Numbered from the whole stretch's first letter, positions 1 to 12,419 are shown. The stretch is 63,584 nucleotides of DNA, filler included, from Octopus bimaculoides (GCF_001194135.2; 6 parts of 6 records of this genome joined end to end with filler, not necessarily neighbours in it), one strand, 5' to 3'. The notes: generated by a model not told the origin, from the sequence alone. Numbers and translations are program-made.

Positions 1-33
<33 letters not shown>

Positions 34-112
34 TAGCGTGGAAGGTGTTTATAAGCCATTTAAAATAACACACAAAAGCCGTCAGATTCACTTCAACATT
101 TAAATTTAATTT

Positions 113-153
113 GTCAAAATATTTTCGTCGCTTTGAGACCGCGACCTGTTCAT
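113..153 (-). ncRNA. possible truncated variant-core hammerhead ribozyme
   Basis: Minus strand reads (A)TGAACA-G-GTCGC-ggtctcaaa-GCGAC-GAAA-ATAT-T-TGAC. Stem II is a perfect 5 bp directly before GAAA and stem III is palindromic. The core has C at position 8, and the 5' arm of stem I is missing. Confidence 0.3.
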
Positions 154-329
154 TAAATAATGTTTATCTCTCACCAGATGGAGTATTATTTTGTTGATCT
201 TACCATCACGGAACAGTACACCATGTGTGTGCCTATGTGTGTGTGAGTCTGTGTGTGGTGAGGGTGGTGTGTGTGTGTGTGTATTTGTGTGTGTATGTGT
301 GTGTGTGTTATGTATTTAAGCATATATCT

Positions 330-560
330 ATGTGTATGTGTTTTAATGTTTGTATTGTTTTGTTCCCTACTACCGCTTGGTGACCGTGTTGGTTTGCTTA
401 CGTTCCTGTAACTTAGCGGTTCGGAAAAGGAGACGATAAAATAAATAGCCTACTTAAAAAAATAAGTAACGGTGTCGATTAATTCGACTAAACCCTTGAG
501 GGCGGAGTCCGGGCATGAGCGTAGTCCAGTGACTGAAACAAGTAAAAGGTAAAAGATAAA
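330..560 (+). mobile_element. SINE family A, diverged 3' half
   Basis: Matches the 3' part of the copies at 5612, 15061 and 23670 (taacttagcggttcgg ... gactgaaacaagtaaaag). Confidence 0.6.
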
Positions 561-585
561 AGATATATACGTATGTATATATATG

Positions 586-618
<33 letters not shown>

Positions 619-1139
619 NNNNNNNNNNNNNNNNNNNNNNNNNNNNNNNNNNNNNNNNNNNNNNNNNNNNNNNNNNNNNNNNNNNNNNNNNNNNNNNNNN
701 NNNNNNNNNNNNNNNNNNNNNNNNNNNNNNNNNNNNNNNNNNNNNNNNNNNNNNNNNNNNNNNNNNNNNNNNNNNNNNNNNNNNNNNNNNNNNNNNNNNN
801 NNNNNNNNNNNNNNNNNNNNNNNNNNNNNNNNNNNNNNNNNNNNNNNNNNNNNNNNNNNNNNNNNNNNNNNNNNNNNNNNNNNNNNNNNNNNNNNNNNNN
901 NNNNNNNNNNNNNNNNNNNNNNNNNNNNNNNNNNNNNNNNNNNNNNNNNNNNNNNNNNNNNNNNNNNNNNNNNNNNNNNNNNNNNNNNNNNNNNNNNNNN
1001 NNNNNNNNNNNNNNNNNNNNNNNNNNNNNNNNNNNNNNNNNNNNNNNNNNNNNNNNNNNNNNNNNNNNNNNNNNNNNNNNNNNNNNNNNNNNNNNNNNNN
1101 NNNNNNNNNNNNNNNNNNNNNNNNNNNNNNNNNNNNNNN

Positions 1140-1177
<38 letters not shown>

Positions 1178-3912
1178 TATAATTTCATTGTATGCATAAT
1201 GGAAATTACTGTGTATGATTTGTATGCACTAATGCGTTTTACTTTATACGAAACGAGCCAGCGACGAAGCTTCTATATGCCCCTTTGGAAAACTAGGAAT
1301 AGTAGTCAAATCTCCTTCCACTCAAACCTCACCGCCTTAGGAAAGAACACGCTGCATTATGTGCTTCTGGATTCCTTTCACATGGGGAAAAAAATAAAGG
1401 AGCATTTATAGGGTGGGGGGGATACTATTGCTCATGTTTGCTAGATCAGGGTTAACCTAGGATTAAACAATAATAACAAGATCAGTAACAGCAGTAGCAG
1501 TAACGACGAACAGGCGTTGGAAAAATAAATGAACATGTGTGTTATAAACAACCGAAATCACAGTGGTCTTCAATCAACAGCGCTGGAGTACAATAACATG
1601 GCGACCCTTACGCTGCATTTCTACTTTCATTTTCGTCTATCAGCAGCACGTTATGATTTCGTTCGGCGACCGGCAAAATATTTTTGTTTTTTTTTTAAAT
1701 TTTTTAAGGGTGGTATTATTTCACTTGCATCGAAAATGTGCTATTCATAGTGGTGAGCCTTGAACGAACAATTATTATTATTATTAATTGTATTATTACT
1801 GTTTTGGTGTCTGAGATCATTTTTTTTTCTTTTAATTTCTAACTTGGAAAACAACAACTCGAAATTAATGACAGTAATAATTATGAATTCAAAATAATCT
1901 CATGCACTCACACTGAATTATTAAATGATTAGGCTAAATAGAGCATTAAACTTAATTAAACAACGCATAGAACTGGGAAAAAACAATTCCAATTACAACG
2001 CCAATTAATAACAAAATATTTATCTATCTATCTATCTATCTATCTATGTTTGTGTGTATGTATGCCTGTGTGTGTGTGTGTGTGTGTGTGTATTGTGGGA
2101 TAAGGAGTTATGTTCGTCGCTATATAAATCGAAGAAAAAAGCACCAAGCAAAAAAAAANNNNNNNNNNNNNNNNNNNNNNNNNNNNNNNNNNNNNNNNNN
2201 NNNNNNNNNNNNNNNNNNNNNNNNNNNNNNNNNNNNNNNNNNNNNNNNNNNNNNNNNNNNNNNNNNNNNNNNNNNNNNNNNNNNNNNNNNNNNNNNNNNN
2301 NNNNNNNNNNNNNNNNNNNNNNNNNNNNNNNNNNNNNNNNNNNNNNNNNNNNNNNNNNNNNNNNNNNNNNNNNNNNNNNNNNNNNNNNNNNNNNNNNNNN
2401 NNNNNNNNNNNNNNNNNNNNNNNNNNNNNNNNNNNNNNNNNNNNNNNNNNNNNNNNNNNNNNNNNNNNNNNNNNNNNNNNNNNNNNNNNNNNNNNNNNNN
2501 NNNNNNNNNNNNNNNNNNNNNNNNNNNNNNNNNNNNNNNNNNNNNNNNNNNNNNNNNNNNNNNNNNNNNNNNNNNNNNNNNNNNNNNNNNNNNNNNNNNN
2601 NNNNNNNNNNNNNNNNNNNNNNNNNNNNNNNNNNNNNNNNNNNNNNNNNNNNNNNNNNNNNNNNNNNNNNNNNNNNNNNNNNNNNNNNNNNNNNNNNNNN
2701 NNNNNNNNNNNNNNNNNNNNNNNNNNNNNNNNNNNNNNNNNNNNNNNNNNNNNNNNNNNNNNNNNNNNNNNNNNNNNNNNNNNNNNNNNNNNNNNNNNNN
2801 NNNNNNNNNNNNNNNNNNNNNNNNNNNNNNNNNNNNNNNNNNNNNNNNNNNNNNNNNNNNNNNNNNNNNNNNNNNNNNNNNNNNNNNNNNNNNNNNNNNN
2901 NNNNNNNNNNNNNNNNNNNNNNNNNNNNNNNNNNNNNNNNNNNNNNNNNNNNNNNNNNNNNNNNNNNNNNNNNNNNNNNNNNNNNNNNNNNNNNNNNNNN
3001 NNNNNNNNNNNNNATGCATATGTGGGCACAGGACGTCACGAAACGTGATGTGTGTGTGTGTGTGTTTGATGCGTTGTCTATAGTCAAATATCTTTATCTT
3101 TATCAACCATTCGAAACGTCGAGCAAATCCACTCTGCTTCGTGAAATTCCTAAAATTAAGAAGACAATCAAATCTTCGTTCAACCATTTCTTTCCTTTCT
3201 TCCAACCCACTAAACATGTACTATTAGTTAAGACGTAAAATTTTTTGTAACAAGACCCACAAGATGAGTACTTGCATGCAAACATTTTTTTTTATTTATT
3301 ATTATTTTGCAAGCACGACAAACGAAATTTCCATTTACTAATGTGTACACAAAAGTCTCTGTATAATTATAGGGCGTCATAGCAATATTTGCGTATGACA
3401 GAATACTAGTTATTGTTATGACGAAGTAGACTGTAACAACACCAAAACAATATTCCCTTTTTTACTTTTAATTATTCACGTAACAAATTTCCTTTTACAA
3501 ATTCCCTCCATGCTTAAACTTCCGATTTAACCCATTTTCTACATGATGTACTTTCACTTTCAGTTCATTTGCTTTTTTTTTTTAAGGTTTCTTTCTGTTC
3601 GGTATTTTTTTAGTTATACATGGGAGACAAACAAGTCGGTCGCTTTTGATACAGAGTGTATTTGGGAAGAAGAAAAAAGGACACGTTATCAATAAATGTT
3701 TACTTGAGAAACAAATTCAAAACGTTGTAATGAAATTCAATATCAAAGAATTAAACATACATAGACGAAGAGTAGAGTAGGGATGTGTAAGAGTATATAC
3801 AAATATAAGCATACACATATAAACATATCAATAATAGCAATATCAGTAGATATACACACACACACATACTTATCTATCTATCTATCTATCTGTAATAGAT
3901 CTTTTATATTTA

Positions 3913-3964
<52 letters not shown>

Positions 3965-5611
3965 ATATAATACTAATGGCAACAATGATATTGACGATGA
4001 TGATGATGATGATGGTGGTGGTGATGGTGTTAGGTTTATTTGCCATAAGGACATCATTTTACAGTGCAACAAAATAAATAAAAAAAGGTTAATATTATGT
4101 ACGCTAGAATATTTCATCATGCGTGCTTACATGCATACACGCATACACTCCATTCATAGTGTATGCGTGTGTGAGTGTATGCATGTGTGTGCGTGTATAT
4201 GCGTGCGTGTGTGGCTGTACATAAATGAATACAAATGTATATAAAAAGCGAAATGTCAAAACAACATTTAGAGAGAGGAAAACGAACAGGGAGTTTTAAA
4301 AAACGGAACTTACCTATGTCTACTGCTACACGCGAATATATTATTACATCCCCATGTGTTGGTGGCGTGCCAATTCTTTAGAAATGGTCGATAGATGATA
4401 AATGGATAGCTAGAGAGGATGCAAGGAGAACAAACCAATGGATGAAGTGAGGTGGCGGGGTACATGGCCGTTCGACTGGCAAGTCGGTTTTATTCTGTGT
4501 GTTTACTGTTGTTGTTCTCTATCACATCAGCTGAAGCGTACAGGCTGTTGTAATATTTATACATCGTAGATGCGGACCAGGAGGCGGCTAGCTATCAAAC
4601 CAAATAAATAGCTAAATAGATAGCAAGCCAGCTAGGTAGCTGCACATGCTAGTAACCTATGTGTGTGAGTGTATTCCTTTCTTTTAATCTTCCTTCCTTT
4701 CATTCATTCATTAATTCATTCGTTCGTTCGTGCGTTCGTTCTTTTCTTTTGTAGCGGTAATGGCTTGTAAGGATTAACCCATTTTTGCTACGGAAGAGAT
4801 AGACTACCTAAATTTTAGCCTTTGGGTTGTTATTTCTAGCAAAGAAATTTGGTTATGATTACCAGAATCGCCCCTTGGGACATGGAGCCAGAGGTGTTGT
4901 TGTTGCTGCTACTTCTGCTACTGCTGCTGCTGCTGTTATTGTTGTTGTTTAACCCCAGGTTTGTTCTCAGCAAGCAGACTTATACTCAAAGGTATTACAA
5001 CAGCGATCATCGAGTTTTATTATCGAGCTACAGTACACGTAGGACCATATTATTCAATGAGCTATTCTTTTCTAAGTCGGTAAGGTGTGATCTCGAGATA
5101 AATTTAGCTCCTATTTCTAGCAACTCAAGCGATTGTGTTGATGCTCACTCTCTAGGTTGCGGAGCCAGAATTTATATTTCAACTTTTTTTTTAGACAATA
5201 AGAAATGTGAATATGCAACCTTACGACTTTAGTGAGTAGTGCACTCCACTGACTGCTAATTCACCGCTATTCTGCTGCCAACAACAATAACAACGCTGAT
5301 AACAACAATAGCAACAACAACAACGACGGTAATATACGAGCCAACAAGAAATGTGGTCCCTTGACCCTCTAGAAATTGCAGCCAAATCTTTATTAAGTTA
5401 CCTGTTACCGTCTTAAATGAAAACGTAAACGACTCTTCCAATAAGGTAATCCATGATATGCTATTTCCAAAAAGAGACAAGATGGCCATGGAGGGATGTG
5501 TTTGATCATGGGTTTGCATAGCCAACACTGTTGACCTCGGGTTAAACAACATCAATAGAGCAGTATATGAGAAACCCCTAAAAGGGCTATTACAAATATA
5601 TATAAATATAT

Positions 5612-5827
5612 CTCTTTACTCTTTTACTCTTTTACTTGTTTCAGTCATTTGACTGCGGCCATGCTGGAGCACCGCCTTTAGTCGAGCAAATCGACCCCAG
5701 TACTTATTCTTTGGAAGCCTAGTACTTATTCTATCGGTCTCTTTTGCCGAACAGCTAAGTTACGGGGACGTAAACACACCAGCATCGGTTGTCAAGTGAT
5801 GTTGGTGGGACAAACACAGACACACAA

Positions 5828-5872
<45 letters not shown>

Positions 5873-6176
5873 NNNNNNNNNNNNNNNNNNNNNNNNNNNN
5901 NNNNNNNNNNNNNNNNNNNNNNNNNNNNNNNNNNNNNNNNNNNNNNNNNNNNNNNNNNNNNNNNNNNNNNNNNNNNNNNNNNNNNNNNNATATATATATA
6001 TATATATACATATATACGACAGGCTTCTTTCAGTTTCCGTCTACCAAATCCACTCACAAGGCTTTGGTCGGCCCGAGGCTATAGTAGAAGACACTTACCA
6101 AAGGTGCCACGCAGTGGCAATGAACCCGGAACCATGTGGTTGGTAAGCAAGCTACTTACCACACAGCCACTCCTGA
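5612..6176 (-). mobile_element. tRNA-derived SINE family A (spans an assembly gap)
   Basis: Near-identical to 15061-15447 and 23670-24068. The head has A-box/B-box-like motifs, there is an internal (CA)n, and the tail is (gagtaaaa)-like. Confidence 0.85.
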
Positions 6177-6809
6177 GCCTATATGCACGTAATCTTCTTT
6201 TTTTATTGTTTGAATTTTTTCCATAGCGGAGGAGCACATTTCTGACAAAGAAACGTAGCACTATTGCTGAAATTCGGATACAAAAATAAGTTGTTTACAC
6301 GATGCACCTTAGAAAAGTCTTGTGTATTTTAAATGTTCCTCTGACAGATTGCATTTGATTGAATATCCCCCAACTTTTCGAAATTGTTACTGTAACCTAT
6401 AGTATGATATCCGACTGCACCAACAATATGTGAATGATTAATCTGGGTAGGGAAGCTAAGGGTCTCGAAACAGTTGTCTGCAAATGTTCTCTGTTAGATG
6501 TGAAAGGAATATCAGCAACTTCAGGGCAGCTGACCATCTATGGCTGCGCATAATGGCATGATTTTTTTCTTTGCTGTCTCAAAACAGCAATATCTGGCTT
6601 GATATGTTTATACGACAAGGAAGGTTTGATGGAAATGTTCGCCAACATTTGTTGTGTTGGTTCATATGTATTAAGTAACAAGGGTATTGTGTACATAATA
6701 TATATCACAGTGTGGTCTTCCTTACGAGTGACATTGCGTATCATTTAACCATCAATATAATGCAACATTGGATGGTAATACCTTAATGACATTAATTATC
6801 TTCCACAGA

Positions 6810-7027
6810 AAGGCGGCGAAGTGGTAGAATCGTTAGCACGCCGGGGAAAATGCTTAGAGGCATTTCGTCCATCCTTACATTCTGAGTCCAAGTTCCGCCG
6901 AGGTCGACTTTGCCTTTCATCCTTTCGCGGGGTTCGATAAAATAAGTACCAGTCAAGTTCTGAGGTCGATGGAATAGACTTTCCTCCCCTGAAAAACTGC
7001 TGCCTCAGTGCCAAAATTTGAAACCAT
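6810..7027 (+). mobile_element. tRNA-derived SINE family B
   Basis: ggcggcga..tggtagaatcgttagcacgccggg head and aggtcgactttgcctttcatcctttc core, both recurring many times in the window. Confidence 0.8.
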
Positions 7028-8935
7028 TGTAGAGATTCCAACGTCAACCGCGAAATAATCAGTTTCTGCTCGAGTATGCTACAACAGTTTCATATGATTG
7101 ATCAACTAATCAGTGTGAAACTGTGGCGTAATATGGCTTCTCGAATATTCTAAAATTCGCACTTTTTCCCCTTAGTTAAACAGTTTGGCAGCAGTCCGTT
7201 TCGGGCACTTAAGGAAAGCAGACTGCTTCGAGCACCCAAAGAAGGCAAACCGTAAATAGCTTTGAAGCAAAGCAGATCACAGCATACCACAGCTAACCTT
7301 TAACAAAACAGAGCACGATTCTCTTCTCACAGCTTTAACAATGTGCAGAGTTTATTGTATCAGCATCTTTCTTTTCCAGATAGCTAATATTAAAGCTAAC
7401 ACAATAAATCATTTCTATCAATAAATAATGCTGAATGTTCGTGAATTAGCTTTATTTACAATACACGCAACCAACCAGAACCAGGCGACGGTGGTGTCCA
7501 ACACAACACACAACATACCAACCAGCATACGACAAATGAATCGCGTCGGGGTCACCATTTGTCGAAATTTATTTTCATCCATACCAAAGTATATGTAGTA
7601 CTCACTGAGTAGAACAGATATCATTGATGTAAATGTTTAGACTTTGGGGAACAGATTTTCCGCGTCTAAACTATCAACTATGAATNNNNNNNNNNNNNNN
7701 NNNNNNNNNNNNNNNNNNNNNNNNNNNNNNNNNNNNNNNNNNNNNNNNNNNNNNNNNNNNNNNNNNNNNNNNNNNNNNNNNNNNNCACACACACACACAC
7801 ACACAGTAAAGTACAATTACTTCACAGACACAGCCTCACGTGTACACACATACCCACACATACACATACATACATACAACACCCACACTGGAAACAAAAC
7901 ACACACATACTACATATACATATACGCACACACATACTTCAAACTACCAGTACCTTTCNNNNNNNNNNGTATGTATGTATGTATGTATGTATGTATGTAT
8001 GTATTATATATGCATTATGAAGGGATGTATACATGTATGTATAGGTTTTATGCTGCGGGTTAACTACCATTAATTTCATGGGACGTTGGTTCGTTTCCAA
8101 GATTGAGAATAGCCAACGTCTCATAACAATTGAGATATATACGTCCCGACATGAAACCAATGGTAATCTGGTTAACCCATAAATAAAGTATTCTGTATAT
8201 ATATATATATATAATAAAGAATAAGATAAAGAGACCAACTACACGCACATACACATACACACGTACGCACACACGCACATGCATACACGCGCAAAAAGAA
8301 CGCACCTATACCCCCTACATAACCCCTCGTTCACACACACATGCACAAACACACATACACACGCGTACACACATGCACACACACACACAATTAGACATAC
8401 AGGTACACACACACACACACACACAGTAAAGTACAATTACTTCACAGACACAGCCTCACGTGTACACACATACCCACACATACACATACATACATACAAC
8501 ACCCACACTGGAAACAAAACACACACATACTACATATACATATACGCACACACATACTTCAAACTACCAGTACCTTTCTACTGACCATTCTCCTACGCAC
8601 ATGTGTAGGTAGACACACAACAGGCAGCCACCAAAATTCCTACTATAAATTCTTCCACTGACCTTAAACGATACTATGTCCAACCACACACATACATAAA
8701 CAGCCACAACCACACACACACACACACACACACATACACATGCTATCATTACACACACATACACACATGCATGCGCGCACGCACATACACACACATACCT
8801 CCTACTCTTGCACTCTCCTGTCTTTGAAAAGAACTTTTTCTCCACCCTTTCCCTTCCGGTCATTTCATTATGTGACCGCGTGTGCATCGTTGATGATTTT
8901 GTCTCTCCGTCTTCTCTTCTTTGGACTTTTTCTAT

Positions 8936-8970
8936 ATTTCTGATGAAGAACTCCGCTCGAAACGTGAAAT
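8936..8970 (+). ncRNA. decayed minimal type I hammerhead ribozyme in a Penelope-like 3' end
   Basis: attt-CTGATGA-A-GAaC-tcc-GcTC-GAAA-CGT-g-aaat. Core, ACGT palindromic stem III and 4-bp stem I are present. Stem II has a mismatch and the cleavage position is G. Confidence 0.5.
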
Positions 8971-9048
8971 CCTCTTTCTTGAGCGTCCAATAACACTGTA
9001 CTTTTTCTACGTCCTCGCGTTGTTGTATTTTCGTGTTTTTTTCTTGCT

Positions 9049-9549
9049 TTTCGATAGCCAGCTGGAGGAGATGTTCTCCTGGAGCTAAAAGCAACAGTAG
9101 CATTCACCCTTAGGATCTAGTCGCATTTAAGTGGCAAATATACTTCACGTTGTCGTGCTGTTACTGTTTACACCTCGTTCAGAGATTTAACATTGCTTGT
9201 TTACACTTTTTCGAGATTAGTGAATTTTCGTCACTGGAAAAAGTATATATGTATTTGCATTGGGACCCCTTCGCATTGAAGATCGGTGATTGTCGTACGC
9301 TGATGAAGGGTAAATACCCAGAAACTCGAGTCCGTGCGTATCACGTCAGATCAATGATGGGAAGGATGACTTCCCTTTGCACATACTGACAGGGCACAGA
9401 AAGTGTGTCGATAGCCAGCTGGAGGAGATGTTCTCCTGGGGCTAAAAGCAACAGTATCATTCACCCTTAGGGTCTAGTCGCATTTAAGTGGCAAATATAC
9501 TTCACGTTGTCGTGCAGTTACTGTTTATACTTCGTTCAGAGATTTAACA
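9049..9549 (+). mobile_element. non-autonomous hammerhead-carrying element with 144-bp terminal direct repeats (retrozyme/PLE pseudo-LTR-like)
   Basis: 9049-9192 and 9406-9549 differ at 7 of 144 positions by manual comparison. The 213-bp interior contains an HHR. The unit is homologous to 28167-28615. No meaningful ORF. Confidence 0.7.
9286..9344 (+). ncRNA. minimal type I hammerhead ribozyme
   Basis: gtgat-tgt-cgtacg / CTGATGA (9300-9306) / a-GGGT-aaat-ACCC-a / GAAA (9321-9324) / C-TCGA-G-TC (predicted cleavage after 9332) / cgtgcg-t-atcac. Stem I has an internal loop and stem III is the palindrome ACTCGAGT. Confidence 0.8.
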
Positions 9550-9924
9550 TATATATATATATAACATATATATNNNNNNNNNNNNNNNNNNNNNNNNNNN
9601 NNNNNNNNNNNNNNNNNNNNNNNNNNNNNNNNNNNNNNNNNNNNNNNNNNNNNNNNNNNNNNNNNNNNNNNNNNNNNNNNNNNNNNNNNNNNNNNNNNNN
9701 NNNNNNNNNNNNNNNNNNNNNNNNNNNNNNNNNNNNNNNNNNNNNNNNNNNNNNNNNNNNNNNNNNNNNNNNNNNNNNNNNNNNNNNNNNNNNNNNNNNN
9801 NNNNNNNNNNNNNNNNNNNNNNNNNNNNNNNNNNNNNNNNNNNNNNNNNNNNNNNNNNNNNNNNNNNNNNNNNNNNNNNNNNNNTATAGATATATATACA
9901 TACGTATAAGCACTAACTCATGCA

Positions 9925-9958
<34 letters not shown>

Positions 9959-10016
9959 CGCGTGCACACATACATACGTATGTATATATTTTTAAAAAAT
10001 GAAAACTAAGAGTTTG

Positions 10017-10059
10017 TCTCGCGACTCGAGTTTCACGCCAATGCGACCTTCAGGTGAGA
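10017..10059 (-). ncRNA. decayed minimal type I hammerhead ribozyme
   Basis: Minus: tctcac-CTGAAGG-t-CGC-attg-GCG-t-GAAA-CTCGAG-TC-gcgaga. All three stems are present, with A9->G and one stem I mismatch. Confidence 0.6.
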
Positions 10060-10513
10060 ACTGTTACAACTAGATATTGTTGGCGTTTTTATATCCTTTG
10101 GTCTTTTGCCTGTGATTGTGCATTACTTATTTTTTCGCGTTTATTGACTGAGTAATGTTTTTCTGGTCTCTAATTGACTATTATTTTTCTGATATGAGGT
10201 TTGAAATTTTTGAAATTGTAGGTGAGAGAGGACATCATTAATTTGTGTAAGAGTTGTTGGTGATATGGTACTGGGGCTCTTTTTCTCATGTGTGTGTGAC
10301 CTTATGTGAAAGGATTTAATTGTGTGTTTAGAAACGTTGTTCATGAAAGGGAAATTTGAAAATACTAATAAAAGGTATCTGTTGTCTGTACTGTGGCTGA
10401 ATTATACTATTCATCCGGGATATTAGAAATAAAAGCATACATATACTCATGTTTTGAGTTGTATTTTTCCTGTTTGTATTACTATACTCGTTGTATGTGT
10501 TTCTGTGTGTGTA

Positions 10514-10605
<92 letters not shown>

Positions 10606-10862
10606 TGCGTTTGCAAGTGCGTTGTTAGATGTGAGTGTATTTATCTGAATTAAGTATCCGGATGGGATAAAAGTTAAGAAGGAAGTTGTAAAACTGAAAA
10701 AAATATTCAGTGTACTGGGTGTTGGTAATATTTTAACAATATCGTAGTTCTCTGGAAGACTCCATAGAATCACATGCAACTAGCCCTGTACAAATATATC
10801 ACTTGTGAAGAACTATCTATTTTACTCAACATCCATACTGAGTGTCATTAACTAAAATTGCA

Positions 10863-11090
10863 GCGAGCTAGTAGAATCGATGGGGCATCGGAATAAATAA
10901 CTTGCGGCATTTGTTCCAGCTCTTTATATTATGAGTTTAAATCCTGCCGGGGACATCATCTTTCACCCTTCCGGCCTAGATAAAACTTTTAAAATACCAA
11001 TCTAGTACAGGGATTGATGTAATCGACTGACCCCTACTTCATATCAAAATTCATTACCTTGTGCCTAAACCGAAATTTGGAAAGCAACTA
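10863..11090 (+). mobile_element. SINE family B, diverged
   Basis: gcagcgagctagtagaatcg head and gatgtaatcgact / ttgtgcc..aaatttggaa tail. Confidence 0.6.
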
Positions 11091-11099
11091 GAGCATGAA

Positions 11100-11900
11100 T
11101 TTTCAGTTCATCATAAGGATGAATTGCAAAATGAGGTCAGAACATTTTTTACTACTTCGTACAACGACATGTTTTGCATATCATTGTCTCAATAACAATG
11201 TCACTTCAATGGCTTGTTCGAATTTTTGTTTCGCTTCAAAGTCCATTAACTGCAATCACTTTTTAAACATCCTTTTTTCGAGGTCAAAGTATAAGTGGGC
11301 ACTCCACTGAAGTTACAGCTGTTCAGGAAATTCACTTGATAATTGTACAGATTATGCTAGATGATAGTATCGCACTGTCCGTGAAGTTGGAAAGACCCAA
11401 TTTACTAAAAATTTTCCATTATAGTTCATTTTTTCCTCCTTCCACTAACACGAAACAGGAAATAAGCTTGTCACCGTCTTTCCATTCTGTAGCTTTACAT
11501 TAATGGAAATTTTCGGTTTTGTTACTCACACCCAAAATAACTGTTCATGATAGCAGTTCTGTTAGCTTTAAGATACGAAGTGTTAGTTAAAAACCTCATA
11601 TAAAAATAGTGTGATCTTGCCGTTAAAAAGTAAATAATTTTGAAAAAGCTTGTGTAATGCACGATCAACAGTTCTATCTACACGCCTCGACATTTATGGT
11701 AAACAGATAAAACGAATTTTGTATTAATCTTACAAGTTTTCTGCTGATATCAGAATTTTTCATCAACAGAAATTGAAATGTTGAATTGAATGAGCTTAGA
11801 ACCAAATTTATATAACACAACAACGAGACACAACAGTAAAACCCGATTGCAATATGTCTTTTTGAAAACTCCAGAATAATCAACAACGTGAAGTTTTGAA
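11100..11900 (-). pseudogene. Helitron RepHel (PIF1-like helicase) relic
   Basis: Minus translation gives SEFLNSCNFSGVPTYTLTSKKGC, like the Helitron motif EFLNSLxPSGLPPHxLxLKxG. Many stops and frameshifts; boundaries approximate. Confidence 0.5.
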
Positions 11901-12419
11901 CTCGCGTCGTTTATCTATTTAGCATTCATTAAGGTATCAAAAGCATTATCGTTTCTCTTGGTTCTTAATGCTTCTTTTCAACTGTGTGCGTCAGTTCTCT
12001 ATGCGTTGTTGATGGCATTATGTGGAAACGACTGAAAAAAAATATTAAAGCATCTGGTACAGACAACTCAGAAAGGAGCTGATGAATAGAAAGAGTAGAT
12101 TTGCAAATCAATGATAATACGCCCCTCAACTATCTTTTATACATGCTCGTCTCTTAAATCTCGTTTCACCCATTTTTACCCCAAGAACTGCAACCCTCTG
12201 GAATTCTTTCTTCACCCACGGTTTTACCGCAGACATTTACCAACAGATCTTATATATATATATATTTATATATCTTTTATATATATTTTATAATATTGCA
12301 GGTTTTGAATGCAAATATTGCTCGGTAAAACAAGACAGCTGCATCACCATTCCTGTGAGGAAATTCTCTCAACTGAAAGGACTGCAATTCTATTTTTTTT
12401 CCTTGAGTGGTTCATCAAA

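Noticed and set aside
3104-3125. ccattc-GAAACGTC-gagca, 3' half of a hammerhead
   Set aside because: No CUGAnGA core or 5' arm upstream; at best a truncated remnant.
6440-6483. ctc-GAAA-CAGTTG-TC-tgc hammerhead-like 3' half
   Set aside because: The upstream core is unrecognisable.
7805-8578. Identical 154-bp duplication (7805-7958 = 8425-8578)
   Set aside because: The first copy is a tiny island between two gaps, has no differences, and starts at a (CA)n; most likely an assembly duplicate.
9044-9197. Reading 9049-9192 as a solo LTR with TTGCT target duplication and TG...CA ends
   Set aside because: The downstream TTGCT and what follows align with the core of the 28-kb copy, so they belong to the element. 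The second repeat has no matching TSD, and no PBS is visible. Kept only as a weaker alternative.
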